Shown: one piece after another, positions 29,173 to 41,874 of the stretch | How the letters are laid out: each line of letters opens with the position of its first letter | Position numbering within the stretch: the stretch's first letter is position 1 | Assembly (NCBI RefSeq): GCF_006345805.1 | Contig: NC_043011.1 | Location: 43,474,464-43,538,463 of the forward strand | Reading direction: 5' to 3' | From: Octopus sinensis | Taxonomy: Eukaryota | Length of the DNA: 64,000 bases | The notes under the pieces: generated by a model | Databases searched by the model: none | What the model was told of the DNA's origin: nothing | The model's input: the letters and a program-made list of their open reading frames with translations, nothing else | Made by a program: the position numbers and the translations under genes

Positions 29173-29894
29173 AAGGGAAAGAGGTGAGGAGGGGGAGTGC
29201 TAGACACTTGTCTTGTTGAATTCTTATGATTATAATTCTTCAAATGCGATTGTTTGACAATTTCAACTGTAAGTGGTTCTGGCAACGCAGCAATTCTTGC
29301 AAATCTCATAAACCAACGATTACTTCTGCGACTTCTAAACGGATTAGATTAGAGAATTCTTTCTTCTCTACTACTACTTTCAAGTGCAGTTAAGGAAATG
29401 CGTTCCACTGGAAACGGCTGCCTCGTTGATAATCTCTGCTGTACCCCCAGAGACGAACATGCTCTCTCACCACCACCAGTAATACTACTTACGAGAACAA
29501 CATCTCCGGTCGCAATCACCACGAAGAGCAGCATCGTCATGTGTTGATTTATTTTTCTTTCTTAACCCGGTATCTCGCTTATCGCTGTTAAAGGAGGCAA
29601 ACGGATGTGATTTGAGAGAGATATCGTTAGCAAAGTCAACCATTCGAGCAGACACTGCTTTGTTAACACAGAATGCAGTTCATGTTGTTATTGGTGGTAT
29701 TGCCGCTGCTGCTGCTACTGTTGCTGCTGTTGCACTTGTTGTAGTTGTTGTTGTTGTTGTTCTAGAGATCCGAGCAAGTTTTGATTGAACAGACCTATAT
29801 GTTATGGCATTTGTTACACCCAGTAGCTAGAAATTATAGCCCAGTCTCTCGCAAATTTTATCATTACCTCTTTAAACAGATATACATACGTACA

Positions 29895-29965
<71 letters not shown>

Positions 29966-30069
29966 CATGTATATACCAACATACATGCACATATGTATGT
30001 GTGTATATGTGTGTTAGAATCCATGTATGTACATATATGTATATATATATATATATATATATGTATATG

Positions 30070-30101
<32 letters not shown>

Positions 30102-30524
30102 TGTATGTATGTATGTATGTATGTATGTACTTATGTACGTACGTACTCATGATTGTGCGGAGGCAAGTGGTTTGGTGAGAAGAGACCTGCACTCATGATC
30201 GTAATATACTGGTTTCGATTCCTAGACCGGGTATGCGATATGTCCTTGAATAAAACTCTTTTCACGTTGCGCCGGGCCACTTAGCTGGCAAAAATTAGTG
30301 ATCCGGCGACTGATCCGGTCATCTCAAAGAGATTTTACCATCCAAATTCCCCTGTTATATCCAGGGCTTCAGTGAAAAACCAAAGATGTTAGTTTCCCTT
30401 AGATGGATATGTGTGTACAAATGTTCGTGTATGGGAAAAGATTGAACAAATTCCATTCAGAATAACATCAATTGTTTCTCATACAAGAATATTCATATAT
30501 ATATATATATATATGCAAGAAGTA

Positions 30525-30612
30525 ATGCAGTACGATCGTTTCATGGAACTCCATTTAATTGAACAATGCAATCATTACATCATTTAAAATGCAGAGCAAT
30601 CTTCAGCTGCAC
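30525..30612 (-). ncRNA. Hammerhead-like motif with long irregular domain II
   Basis: Minus strand reads gtgcag CTGAAGA [~57 nt] GAAA CGATCG TA| ctgcat. Stem I is 6 bp and stem III is the palindrome ACGATCGT, but stem II is poorly defined. Confidence 0.55.
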
Positions 30613-30958
30613 AAAGACATAGAATGTAATTAAATTAGAACAGATGGACACATTAGTATAATTATGCCTAAAATCTCCGAGAAGTTAAGCAGATAGACAT
30701 AGAACATGCTGACTCACTCCAGCATAGAAGTTACAAAGTTTTCAAGAAGATATACATTGTTATAGACTCTGCCTGTCACTGACTTTTTTTGTTTTGTTTT
30801 CATGGGGTCAGTTTTAATTTATAGACTAGTTTATCAAATCCCTTGTACATCTAAGGCTGAGAGAATAGAGGACCGTATCTGTTAGGGGTAGGGCTGAGGG
30901 AGCAGACAGACATCATAGTTGGTATAGTCATAAAAATGGACATTTATAAGAAGCAATG

Positions 30959-30995
<37 letters not shown>

Positions 30996-31019
30996 CATTT
31001 CTTCCCCTCTTTTCATCAT

Positions 31020-31222
31020 TTGCAACCGTTAATCTCGACACCATTTTTTCTCTCTCCTCTCTCTTTCTCCATTATTTCTTTTTCTTCCTCTCATCACTTT
31101 CTGTCGAAGAGTGTAGGCTCGAAACGTCACAGACTTTTCCATTATTCCTGAGCGTCAAACGAACTCATTTACTTGTTGTTTCCTCACCTGTTTTTTTTTT
31201 TCTGTATAATTTGAACCCCCCT
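31020..31222 (+). mobile_element. Family E element (variant HHR at 31096-31133)
   Basis: CTGTCGAAGAGTGTAGGCTCGAAACGTC plus the downstream ttcctgagcg...cacctg block shared with the other copies. Confidence 0.55.
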
Positions 31223-32067
31223 ACACACACACACTCACACACAGAGAAAAGTGAGAGAGGAGCAGAGAGTCAGAGTCATATAAACACACTCACACATATA
31301 TATATATATATATTATATTGCTTGTGTGTGCTTAACATTTATGGGTGTATGTTATACAATGAATATACATTATCCGTTTCAGAACTCTATGGGAAATATA
31401 GAATACATACAAATAAATATATTAATATCAACAAAGATAGACAAGTACTCAGAGGTTTTGCCGTATAAATTCGCTGATAACCAGAGGAACCAAACAGCGA
31501 AAATAATAAGGAACTGTTATTCCTCATGATATTATAATATTTATATACTGAAATATGAAGGTAATATCGAAAGATAGATATAGGGCTTTCCTTTCAAATA
31601 CGCCGCTGGCACTCTATGGGGAACACGGAATAAATTATTGTTTCAGCTAAACAGAAACGAATGTATAGCCTTATCTGGAGCCAAACGTGTTCGGTTGGTA
31701 CTAGTAAATATCAGTAGGATCTAATGTCACATAGTTAATATACTAGTTGTGTAGTAAAGTAACTTGCTTCTTAACCACGTGGTTCGGGTTCAGTATCATT
31801 GAGTGCCACTTTTGGCATGTGTGTTCTACTGTAGTCCCTGGCCCATCAAATCTTTGTAAGTGAATTTGGTAGATGGAAACTGAAAGGATCCTACCATTTA
31901 TCTATATCTGAATATAATATCTATATAATCCTACCTACCTATCTATGTGGCTCTGTGTACATATATATATATATATATACATACATACATATACATATAT
32001 ATATATATATATACATACATACATATATGTACATGCCTACATATATATGTATATATACGTGTATATA

Positions 32068-32243
32068 TGGGTACAGGACATCAAAAAATGTAGAACACAG
32101 TGAGAAACGAAAACATAAAGACAAAAACATAGAAAACGAACTTTTTTTTGCAAACAACGAAAAAAAAAACAGAGATACGAGACATGCAACATAAAGAATA
32201 TTCCCCTTCATCAGTTGTCCCTGTTTCATCTACTCCGCGTTTC
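32068..32243. mobile_element. Short interspersed element (family F), copy 2
   Basis: Direct copy of 25538-25720, flanked by TA-rich tracts. Confidence 0.6.
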
Positions 32244-32278
32244 ATATATATATATATATATATACACGCGCGCACGCG

Positions 32279-32440
32279 ACGGATTTTGTTCAGTTTTCGT
32301 GAACCAAATCCCCTTGCAAGACTTTAGTTGACTCTAGGCTATAGAAGAAGATACTTTCCCAACGTGCTACGCAGTGGAATTGTACCTGGAACCTTGTGGT
32401 TGGGAAGCAAACTCCTTACCATACATCCACGCCGGCGGCT
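32279..32440 (-). mobile_element. SINE family B, diverged 5' half
   Basis: Matches the reverse complement of the family B head (ttcagttt...accaaatcc...ctaggctatagaagaagatact...gcagtgg...accttgtggttggga). Confidence 0.65.
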
Positions 32441-33146
32441 ACAGACACACACACTCGGGGGGGGGGGGCATAAAAAGTGTGGTGGGAGGAAAACACTTGA
32501 GAACGTAGCTTAGATTCTGCATTATTGTGAAAGATGTTTTTCATTTTACATTAATGCAGACAAGTAAATAATATATTTGCTATTAAATATAATAATAAAA
32601 TATATTTACATGTTTAAGTTACGAAACAATTTGTCGTGATATTAAAACTTTTTCATTGTTAAATAAAACTTCATCAAATCATTTCTCTATTATTTATAAC
32701 TTTGTACACTCCTCACGTTTTCTCTTGTATTGTACTACATGTTTTATAGAATGATACATTAAGGAGCATTTTTTACGAGTACTACTGAATTACATGAATA
32801 CATTCACATGCACACGTGTGTTTGTGTGGAGGGTGTATGTGTGTGTATCTATGTGTATGTACCTTTGTATTTTCCTTTCACCACCGCTTGACAGTCAGTG
32901 TTAGTTTCTTTTTCTATGTTCCCGTCAGCTAGCGTTTCGGCTTCAGAGACCGATGGAAGAAATACAAGGCTTCGAGTCGGTGCACCAGCATGGCCGTTGT
33001 CCAATGACTGAAACAAGTAAAAGATAAAAGATACAAATGCAGCTAGCTATTCCATATGCCACCTTCTCTCCCGTCTTTTTATTCGTGTTATGCTTTTATT
33101 ATTTTATGAATTATAACATTGTGTCTTTTTAAATATTGTTTTACAG

Positions 33147-33245
33147 CTCCTTACTGAATCCCGGTTTTGCGCCATCGATAAAATCAAAACGATCGGAAGT
33201 ATTTATATGGGCGCCGTTGGTCTAATGCCTACATTAATGATTGAG
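33147..33245 (+). CDS. ADCY1: Adenylyl cyclase exon: C2a (LLTESRFCAIDKIKTIGSIYMGAVGLMPTLMIE)
   Basis: ttttacag acceptor, GAG|GTAAGC donor, 99 nt, phase 0-0; KIKTIGS motif with the adenine-specifying Lys. Not in the ORF track. Confidence 0.96.
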
Positions 33246-33366
33246 GTAAGCATATATCATTAAACATGTCCTTCTTTATTTGTGTGTGTGTGTGTGTGTA
33301 GATCTGTGTGTATATTGCTGTGTGTTTGAGACGGTAAGTGTAGGAGTGACTGTGCGGTAAATAATA

Positions 33367-33780
33367 TAGGCGTAGGAGTGGCTGTGTGGTAATTAGCTTG
33401 CTTACCAACCACATGGTTCCGGGTTCAGTCCCACTGCGTGGCACCTTGGGCAAGTGTCTTCTACTACAGCCTCGGGCCGACCAAAGCTTTATGAGTGGAT
33501 TTGGTAGACGGAAACTGAAAGAAGCCCGTCGTATATATGTATATATATTTATGTATGTGTGTATATATGTTTGTGTGTCTGTGCTTGTTCCCCGAACACC
33601 GCTTGACAACTATTGGTGGTGTGTTTACGTCCCCGTAACTTAGCGGTTTGGCAAAAGAGACCGATAGAATAAGTACTAGGCTTACAAAGAATTAGTCCTG
33701 GGGTCGATTTGCTCGACTAAAGGCGGTGCTCCAGCATGGCCGCAGTCAAATGACTGAAACAAGTAAAAGAGTAAAAGAGT
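33367..33780 (+). mobile_element. SINE family B
   Basis: Full-length copy ~120 nt downstream of an exon donor. Confidence 0.85.
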
Positions 33781-33849
33781 ATGTGTGCATGTTGTGAATT
33801 CGCGTGCTTGAGTTTATATGTTTCGGTAGCATTGTCATCGTCTGTTACT

Positions 33850-34650
33850 AAGTGGCAATTCGACCGTTTTTACTTTCTGAGTTGAAATTCCGACTGTGTC
33901 TTTCATCTTCTCAGATTCGATAAAATAAATAGCAGTTGAGTACTGGGGGTCGATGTAACCGACCAGCCACCCGCCCACCTCCACCACTGCCCTAACTTGC
34001 GCGTTTTGTGCCAAAATACGAAACCAATATTTCAGGTTCTTTAACGGTGGCGAGCTGGCAGAAACGTTAGCACCCTGGGCAAAATGCTTAGCTGTATTTC
34101 GTCTGTCTTTACGTTCTGAGTTCAAATTCCGCCGAGGTCGACTTTGCTTTCATCCTTTCGGGGTCGATAAATTAAGTACCAGTTACGCACTGGAGTCGAT
34201 GTAATCGTCTTAATGTCTTTGTCTATCCTTGTTTGTCCCCTCTATGTTTAACCCATTATGGGTAGTAAAGAAATAAGGCGGCGAGCTGGCAAAAACGTTA
34301 GCACGTCGGGCGAAATGCTTAACGGCATTTCCTCTGTCTTTACGTTCTGAGTTCAAATTCCGCCATGGTCGACTTCATCACTTACGGGTCGATAAATCAA
34401 GTACTTGTTGCTTATGGGAGTTGATCTAATCGACTAGTGTCCTTCCCCCTAAATTTGGGCCCTTGTGCTTAGAGAAGAAAAGAATCTTTAACCTGCCGGG
34501 AAAATTGCTTAACGTTACTTCGCCCGTCTTTACGTTCTAAGTTCAAATTCCGCCGAGGTCGACTTTGCCTTTCATCCGTCGGGGTCGAAAAAGTAAATAC
34601 CAGTTGAAAACTCAACTGGCCTTGTGCCAAAATTTGAAATCAATATTTCT
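33850..34650 (+). mobile_element. Cluster of about four head-to-tail family C SINE copies or fragments
   Basis: The ttctgagttcaaattccgcc/gtcgataa block recurs near 33876, 34114, 34345 and 34535. Confidence 0.8.
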
Positions 34651-35799
34651 AGAGTTTTGAGTTCAATACCTCCTCAGAACTACGTGTTGGAGTCCCTGTT
34701 GTGTTTCCTTCTGTGAATTTGGGATCCTCCAATCGGTAGAAGGATGTTTGAATCGAGTTGGCCCATTAAACTTTCGTACCACGAAATGAAAAGGATGTTC
34801 TCAGTGTTGCTCATCTAATATAAAGTGATTCAAAATTATCTTAATTTAATGAATACACAACACATGTACATATATACAGTTATATATATCTATACGTTTA
34901 TGTGCGAATATTTACATATACACGTATATACACGTAGATATGTGTGAGTGTGTGTGCGCGTTTGTGTGTGTCTCTGTGTGTGTGTGTGTCTTGGCATTTG
35001 TGTTCTCCGACACCGCTCTACAAGCAGTGTTGGCTTGAATACGTCACCGTAACTTAGCGGTTCAGCATAAAGGCCCGAGAAGGCAAATACCAATCTTTTA
35101 AAAAATTAAGTACTGTGGCTGATTGTTTGAATAAACCCTTTAAGGCGGTACTCCAGTATGGCCGCATTCAAAGAGTGAAACAAGGAAAAAATAAAATATA
35201 AAAGTTGTGTGTGTGTGTGTGTTTTCGTGGTGTGTGTGTATATATATTCGATATGTGTAAGTGTGTGTCTTTGGTGTGTGTGTGTGTGTGTTCGCTCTGT
35301 GTGTGTGTGTTTTCACGGTGTGTGTGTGTATATATATTCGATGTGTGTAAGTATGTGTATTCGGTGTGTGTGTGTGTGTGTGTGTTTTGGTGTGTATGTG
35401 TGTGTGTTCGAGGTGTGTGTGTATGTGCAGTGCATACATATGCACAATTATCTGTGTTTATGTGTGTGCATATACAAATTAACAAAGCAAAATTTCTACA
35501 ATTCCTTAATATATACATGAGAGCGTGTCCAAAGTGTATATATTTGTGTTATGCGTGCGTAAGTATGTATGCAGAGAGAAAAAGTAAGAGAGGTGGTGTA
35601 AGGAGACCCATGTAATGTGTAACATGTAATTCAATCATTTTTCTTAACAAACTTGTGGATTTCTTGTAATCATCGACTTAAACAAAATAAATTAGTTTGT
35701 GAAATTAATTGAAAGCATTAAATAAAGATTGTAATCCTATTTCTCCCCCCCTCTCCGTCTCTCTCTCCCCTCCTTTCTTTCTCTCCCCTTCTTTATCTG

Positions 35800-35830
<31 letters not shown>

Positions 35831-36461
35831 CTTCTCTTCTCCTTCTCTCTCTCTCTCCTTCTCTCTCTCTCTCTCTCTCTCATCAATCTCTCTTCTTTTC
35901 TTTGACTTGGACATTTCCAAACTAATGGCTGGAGGTGCATTCCGGATTAAACATTCAAACCCCAGGTGTAAAACAAAGAAAAATGGAATTGGATGTCTAC
36001 AGGGAATGATCGTTACGCAAATACACAAACGTAATTAAAATAGCGACAGTAGTTCTATAATCTTCCAGATTAAGGAATGATAATTCTTGAAAATATCATA
36101 ATACGATCTGAATGTATGATATCTAAATAGATTTGTTGATTAATTTTCTGTTAAAATGTGATAAAAATACTGTATTCCTCAAGATAGTCATGTAAACGTG
36201 ATGTTGTTGATTATAATGATAATTGACTTGGTGTCTTTTTAAAGCGATGATGATGTCGATGATGATGAGGAGGAAGAACAGAAATGATAATGCTAAAACT
36301 GAACAGGAATGATAATGCTAAAACTATCTTCCAGTATTGCTACACTACCTCCTGAAGTGAAATAACTAAATAGAGAGCAAGGGATTTTTGTATGGTCACG
36401 TAATTTTGTTATCCAATATGAAATGATAATAATAATAATAATAATATAATAATAATAATAA

Positions 36462-36864
36462 TATCTCAGCGAAAGAGTTTGACAAGCTCAGAAAATATAA
36501 AGACCTACTCATTGAAATTGAGAAAATGTGGCATCTCAAGGCGGTTACAATACCAGTGATCGTAGGAGCACTAGGAATGATCAAGAAGGGAACCGAAATT
36601 ATATGAGAATGATCCCTGGCTTACCATCCTGCAAGAAGTGCAAAAGATTGTCTTAACTGGTACATCACACGTATTGAGAAGAGTATTGTCGATGTGAGAA
36701 CTGTTGCTGCTCATGTATTTTAATATAACTTAAAAAAAAAAAAAATGAACGAACTATTGAGTTTGGTTTAATGGCCTACCAATGTATACTATGAGTTTCT
36801 TTGCCCTAGGAGTCGGGAAGACACTCGGCAAGAAATGGAAGCAAATTTGAAAGAAGAAAAAAAG
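36462..36864 (+). mobile_element. 5'-truncated R4/Dong-like LINE 3' end inserted in (TAA)n
   Basis: KEFDKLRKYKDLLIEIEKMWHLKAVTIPVIVGALGMIKK...EVQKIVLTGTSHVLRRVLSM* resembles a restriction-like endonuclease C-terminus; (TAA)n on both sides. Confidence 0.8.
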
Positions 36865-37694
36865 TAATAATAATAATAATAATAATAATAATAGCCTTGA
36901 TGCAGTACCAGACAGTGGTTCTCGTGACTTCTTCTGATCTTAACTGATTGGAAGTGTTATCATGTACATTGTTTTGTCTTAGTATAAAAGATGGGTTACA
37001 GCAAATATTCTGCTCAATACCACAGATTTGCTTGTCAGTTGTTTGACCTTAACCAGTTGAGCATGTCCCTTAGCGGCTGACGATATGTGCATCTCTGATC
37101 ACAAGCAGAAGTAGTGGGGAGCACCATAGACATGTGTTGTGAATGATTCTTTAGGGTTTGAATAATTCACCCCTCAAAACATGAGTGTTTCGTTCATCGT
37201 CTTTAAACAAACCTTATTCAGGGACCTTCTTAGCGGCATGGGCTACTCGGATTGAGTAGAATTCTAACTGGACCTCTTGTGGAAGGTCATATGCTGTATA
37301 AACTAATGGGGAAAATACTCGAAGTTTTATAATGTAGTAATATATCCAGTCTTATAATAAATTCCGTTCTGTATTTACATATTACGTGTCTCTGCGAAAA
37401 GAGATAACTCTAATTGTATGAGAGTTTTGTCTCTTTGTTAGTATTACTGTAAACACTGAATCATATTTGTTTCTTTTTCCGATTCATATTTCAATATGAA
37501 GTTTGTTACAATGTGCGAATATCTACATTTGACATTAAGCATAGTTCTCTTTATTTTATGATTTCACCATTCCCTATACATTTAAATTAGGAAAGCAAAA
37601 TTAGTAACAGCACGGGTATGCTAGCATTCTTCTGTGTTTGCACCTTAAATTATTTGATGTTAATAAACTTTTTATGTTTCTATAACTTACCCAG

Positions 37695-37812
37695 GATACA
37701 GACGCTTCTGTTACACACTACTTATCCATTTTGATCGAATTTATAATGGGTATGAAAGAAAAACTGAAGAACATCAACGAAAATTCTTACAATAATTTCA
37801 TGCTGAAAATCG
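37695..37812 (+). CDS. ADCY1: Adenylyl cyclase exon: C2a (DTDASVTHYLSILIEFIMGMKEKLKNINENSYNNFMLKIG)
   Basis: cccag acceptor, G|GTAAGT donor (phase 1); IN..SYNNF.L.IG motif. Not in the ORF track. Confidence 0.95.
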
Positions 37813-37939
37813 GTAAGTTGTTAATTATGTGGAAATATTTATATTTATGTTAAAAATATATATATTAGCGACCGAGGCAGTATTTTTAACCAAGGGTTAA
37901 TATCTATCCCTACTTTAAACGTGTTCCATTAGACCAAAC

Positions 37940-38482
37940 TATTGGGTTGTCCGCAAAGTTCGTGCCGATTTTTAAAGGAAAGAAAAAGGTCAATAAATAC
38001 TTGCCATTACATTTTTAATCAACCAAATATGAACTATTTTGTTGCACAATACTTCTCCATCTTTCCTTAACTTGAAAATACCCTCTTCCCAGAATTGGGG
38101 TGGTTTCATAGCAAAGAATTCATCAAGATATCTTTTTACATCATCCAAGTAATTGAAATTTTTACCATTAAGACTATTCTGCAGAGACCTGAATAAGTGG
38201 AATCAGCAATATCTGGTGAATATGGAGGGCGGGGTAACACATCCCAGCCAAGCCGCAGCAATTTTTGTCTAGTTCCCACAGCATCAAGTGCCGAAAATTA
38301 ACTTTGTTATCTTCCATTTTAAAGGGTTACAGAATTAACACGGGTTATAGGAACATAAACCTTCTTCCACAAAAAGATAGCTTAAACTGTGCTCTAAATA
38401 GAGGTGTAGTCAAATCCTATTTTATGGACTCTACCATGTTCTAAAATAAGTCGAAAGGTAAGCTACTATAAATCGGTACGAA
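37940..38482 (-). mobile_element. Internally deleted mariner element
   Basis: Minus strand encodes TRQKLLRLGWDVLPRPPYSPDIA / HLFRSLQNSLNGKNF...FWEEGIFKL (mariner YSPDLAP region). TIR-like ends ttcgtgccgattt and aaatcggtacgaa. Confidence 0.8.
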
Positions 38483-38830
38483 TCCACGTTTAAAGTGGAG
38501 ATAAATATTTTGGTTGTGTGCGAGAAAATAGAAAGCGAAAATCCAGGGGGAAAAAGTTATCTCAAACCAAAGGCAGGTAAGACATATAAAGAGGGACCAA
38601 CTTTTCCACGAGACTGCATAAAGGGTATTGTTCTTTAAATAACCAACGAAGAACTAATGAAACAACTGAAAGAATGAACCCGTTTGGTATCCTTTTCTTT
38701 ATCATGACTGGGAGATATTGGGTGGGTCCTGATCTAAATAAAAAAAGTGATGTCTTCTCTCTTGTTTACATATATTTTTCTATGTATTTTTATCAATAGT
38801 TATTTGTATTTTTATCTAAACTTTTAATAT

Positions 38831-39021
38831 ATAGGGAGAGTTTACGAAAAAAACAAAAGACGAAGACAGGTGGTGTACAAAACAAACAGATGTATTAGTA
38901 TAACGCTCAGGAATAGAAAAAGTCTTTTACGTTTCGAGCCTACGCTCTTCTACAGAAAGGGACACAGAAAAAACAAGGAGAGAAAAAATGTGTGTAGTGG
39001 CTAACGATCTATCATGGCGAA
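38831..39021 (-). mobile_element. Family E element (variant HHR at 38923-38960)
   Basis: Reverse complement of the 8357 copy; core CTGTAGAAGAGCGTAGGCTCGAAACGTA. Confidence 0.6.
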
Positions 39022-39263
39022 TATACCTTAATATAGTTTGTAACATTCCTCTCTTTCTCAACCTGATTTTAGACAACTTCCTGAGTACCATAGCACTACC
39101 CCTGACCTCTTTGTAACACATTATTACAATAAGCAAATGGGTAATTATGACAAATAAGGCGATAAAATTTTATTAAAACATAATTCATACTAATAGGATA
39201 GTTGTTCGATATATGTTCTGTAATATTTACTCTTACTGTTATAATTATTTTTTTTAATATTAG

Positions 39264-39388
39264 GAGTCAATGTGGGCCCTGTTGTAGCGGGTGTAATCGG
39301 CGCCAGAAAACCCCAGTATGATATTTGGGGTAATACTGTAAATGTTGCCAGCCGAATGGAAAGTACCGGCCGTCCAGACCATATTCAG
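39264..39388 (+). CDS. ADCY1: Adenylyl cyclase exon: catalytic core ([42 protein letters not shown])
   Basis: attag acceptor completing G+GA, CAG|GTAAGT donor. The cyclase signature includes the substrate-specifying Asp and the catalytic Asn/Arg. Confidence 0.98.
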
Positions 39389-39848
39389 GTAAGTTGATTG
39401 GTTCTATCTTAACTTTGTAATTTCTAATACATCATCTAAATACTCCATTAAATACCCTCGCTATCACTGGCCGTAAACTGAAGAGTTCGCTAAAAATTTA
39501 CTAAATTTAATTCCAAGAACAGAGATATTTCGCAGGAATATTTATTGATAATTTGGGAACAACAAACTATTATACGAGTAGATGACTTCAATGTGGTTGT
39601 TTCTACATTGTTTCCGCGGAACCACCAAAACTATTGGAGACCATTTTCAAGTGTTATTAGCACAGTCTTTGCCACAATCGCTATCTCAAAGTTGCATTAT
39701 TCTAAATAAATTATTTTGCAACTCATTCGTCTTTTCATATTCCAAATTCAATTGACATCAGTTATATTTGCAGCTTCAATGTAAACAGTAAACTAGCAAA
39801 AACAGTCGACATGGTCGTTTCCTCTGAAGGGATGAAATACTAAGAAAA

Positions 39849-40082
39849 AGGCGGCGAGCTGGCAGAAACGTTAGCACGCCGGGCGAAATGCCTAGCGGTA
39901 TTTCGTCTGTCGTTACGTTCTGAGTTCAAATTTGCCGAGGTCGACTTTGCCTTTCAGCCTTTCGGGATCGATAAATTAAGTACCAGTTACGCACTGGGAT
40001 CGATGTAATCGAATTAATCCCTTTGTCTGTCCTTGTTTGCTCCCTGTATGTTTAGCCCCTTGTGGGCGATAAAGACATAAGA
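39849..40082 (+). mobile_element. SINE family C
   Basis: Full-length copy. Confidence 0.85.
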
Positions 40083-40345
40083 AATACTAAGAAATAATTC
40101 ATCACTCATTTTGCGATCTGTCGCATACTAATTTTCCTTGTGATGGCGGGAATATGGAGCTTCTTGTCAATTTCCAACAAACGTTCACTCTGTTAAAGAA
40201 AGCTGACAGAGCTTGTCGCGGGTGCTTTCTTCATTTTGAAATGGAGTCACATAACTACAGCTTACTATGAATATGAAGCTGGAGAAACGAAAACATCTTA
40301 ACTGGGCTGGTTTCTTGCTTCATTTTCGCGAAATTAGTGAACAAT

Positions 40346-40761
40346 AGGCGCAGGAGTGGCTGTGTGGTAAGTAGCTTGCTTACAAACCACATGGTTCCGG
40401 GTTCAGTCCCACTGCGTGGCACCTTGGGAAAGTGTCTTCTACTATAGCCTCGGGCCGACCAAAGCCTTGTGAGTGGATTTGGTAGATGGAAACTGAAAGA
40501 AGCCCGAAGTATATAAGTATATATATATATGTGCGTGTGTATGTTTATGTGTCTGTGTTTGTCCCCCTAGCATTGCTTGACAACCGATGCTGGTGTGCTT
40601 ATGTCCCTGTCACTTAGCGGTTCGGCAAGAGAGACCGATAGAATAAGTACTAGGCTTACAAAGAATAAGTCCTGAGGTCGATTTGCTCGACTAAGGTGGT
40701 GCTCCAGCATGGCCGCAGTCAAATGACTGAAACAAGCAAAAGAGTAAAGAATAAAGAGTAA
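40346..40761 (+). mobile_element. SINE family B
   Basis: Full-length copy. Confidence 0.85.
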
Positions 40762-40874
40762 ACGGTAACAATGAAAGATTCTGGTTGCAATATTGAGTTT
40801 CCAAATGGTGTTGAAGTTATATTCAATGAACATGAAATGATGAAGGATGAAAATCTGACAAAGTACGAAAAGAT

Positions 40875-41205
40875 GGGTAAAGACCCCCTTCGGTCATGAA
40901 TGACCATGGGATTGCACCTAGAAAGTTACCCTCCTAGACACAAGTCCGGGCAAGGTTGTTTATGGAAGACCAGCAGTCGCCCATGCATACCAGCCTCCCC
41001 TCTCCACGCCACCAGTGTTATCCAAGGGAAAGACAAAGGTCGATACAGCTTGGCACCTGTGACGTCGCAACTCATTTCTACAGCTGAGTGAACTGGAGCA
41101 ACGTGAAATAAAGTGCTTTGCTCAAGAACACAACACGCAGCCCGGACCGGGATTCGAGCTCACAACCTCACGATCGTAAGCTCGACGCTCTAACCACTGA
41201 GCCAT
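40875..41205 (-). mobile_element. tRNA-derived SINE family D
   Basis: Reverse complement of 2805-3135. Related head fragments lie near 23900-24030, 26560-26630, 30160-30310 and 59320-59440. Confidence 0.8.
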
Positions 41206-41874
41206 ACTAGTCTTTGTAGTAAAAAATTCAGATTCACAAACTGAACTCCTGTACAAACTTTCCTGTGGATAAAATCATGCTGTCGCAGCCAATCATCACT
41301 TTTCTCGTATTCCAGATTTCGCTGAACAGCACTAATCCATCTAATAATATCGATGATTTCTCTAAATATGGAAATTACTAATATATTTAATGGAGAAGAA
41401 GTCACATACAAAAGATTTAATCCCTGTGTCAATAAAGATCTCTAAAACTATCCAAAAAGCATGCGAAACTTTTATGGAATGTCCCGTTTCGCATGCTTTT
41501 GCCTTGTATAAACGAGTGTGTTGCCTCTGTTTCAATTTTCAACAAAGCAAATATTTGAATAACCTATTCCCATGAACGCATCGGTGTAATAATATAAACC
41601 ATTTCATTGTGTCAGAAGTTAAACTCCGATTTTCTGTCTTCGTTCAACGATTCACTCTTACTCAGATGTTGTTTTGAGCTCGAGTATCTTTCGCAGACAG
41701 TAAAAAAAAATCTTAATATCATTCCTTGGGTTATATAACAGAACCACACACGGAATTTTGGCATTCGTGATTCCATGTTCAGTAAATAAAATCTCATCTG
41801 CTTTATTGTCCTATAGAAAGTCCTATGTTGCTCAGTTAAAAACTAAACCAGATGCTGCAGTATTCTAACTATAT

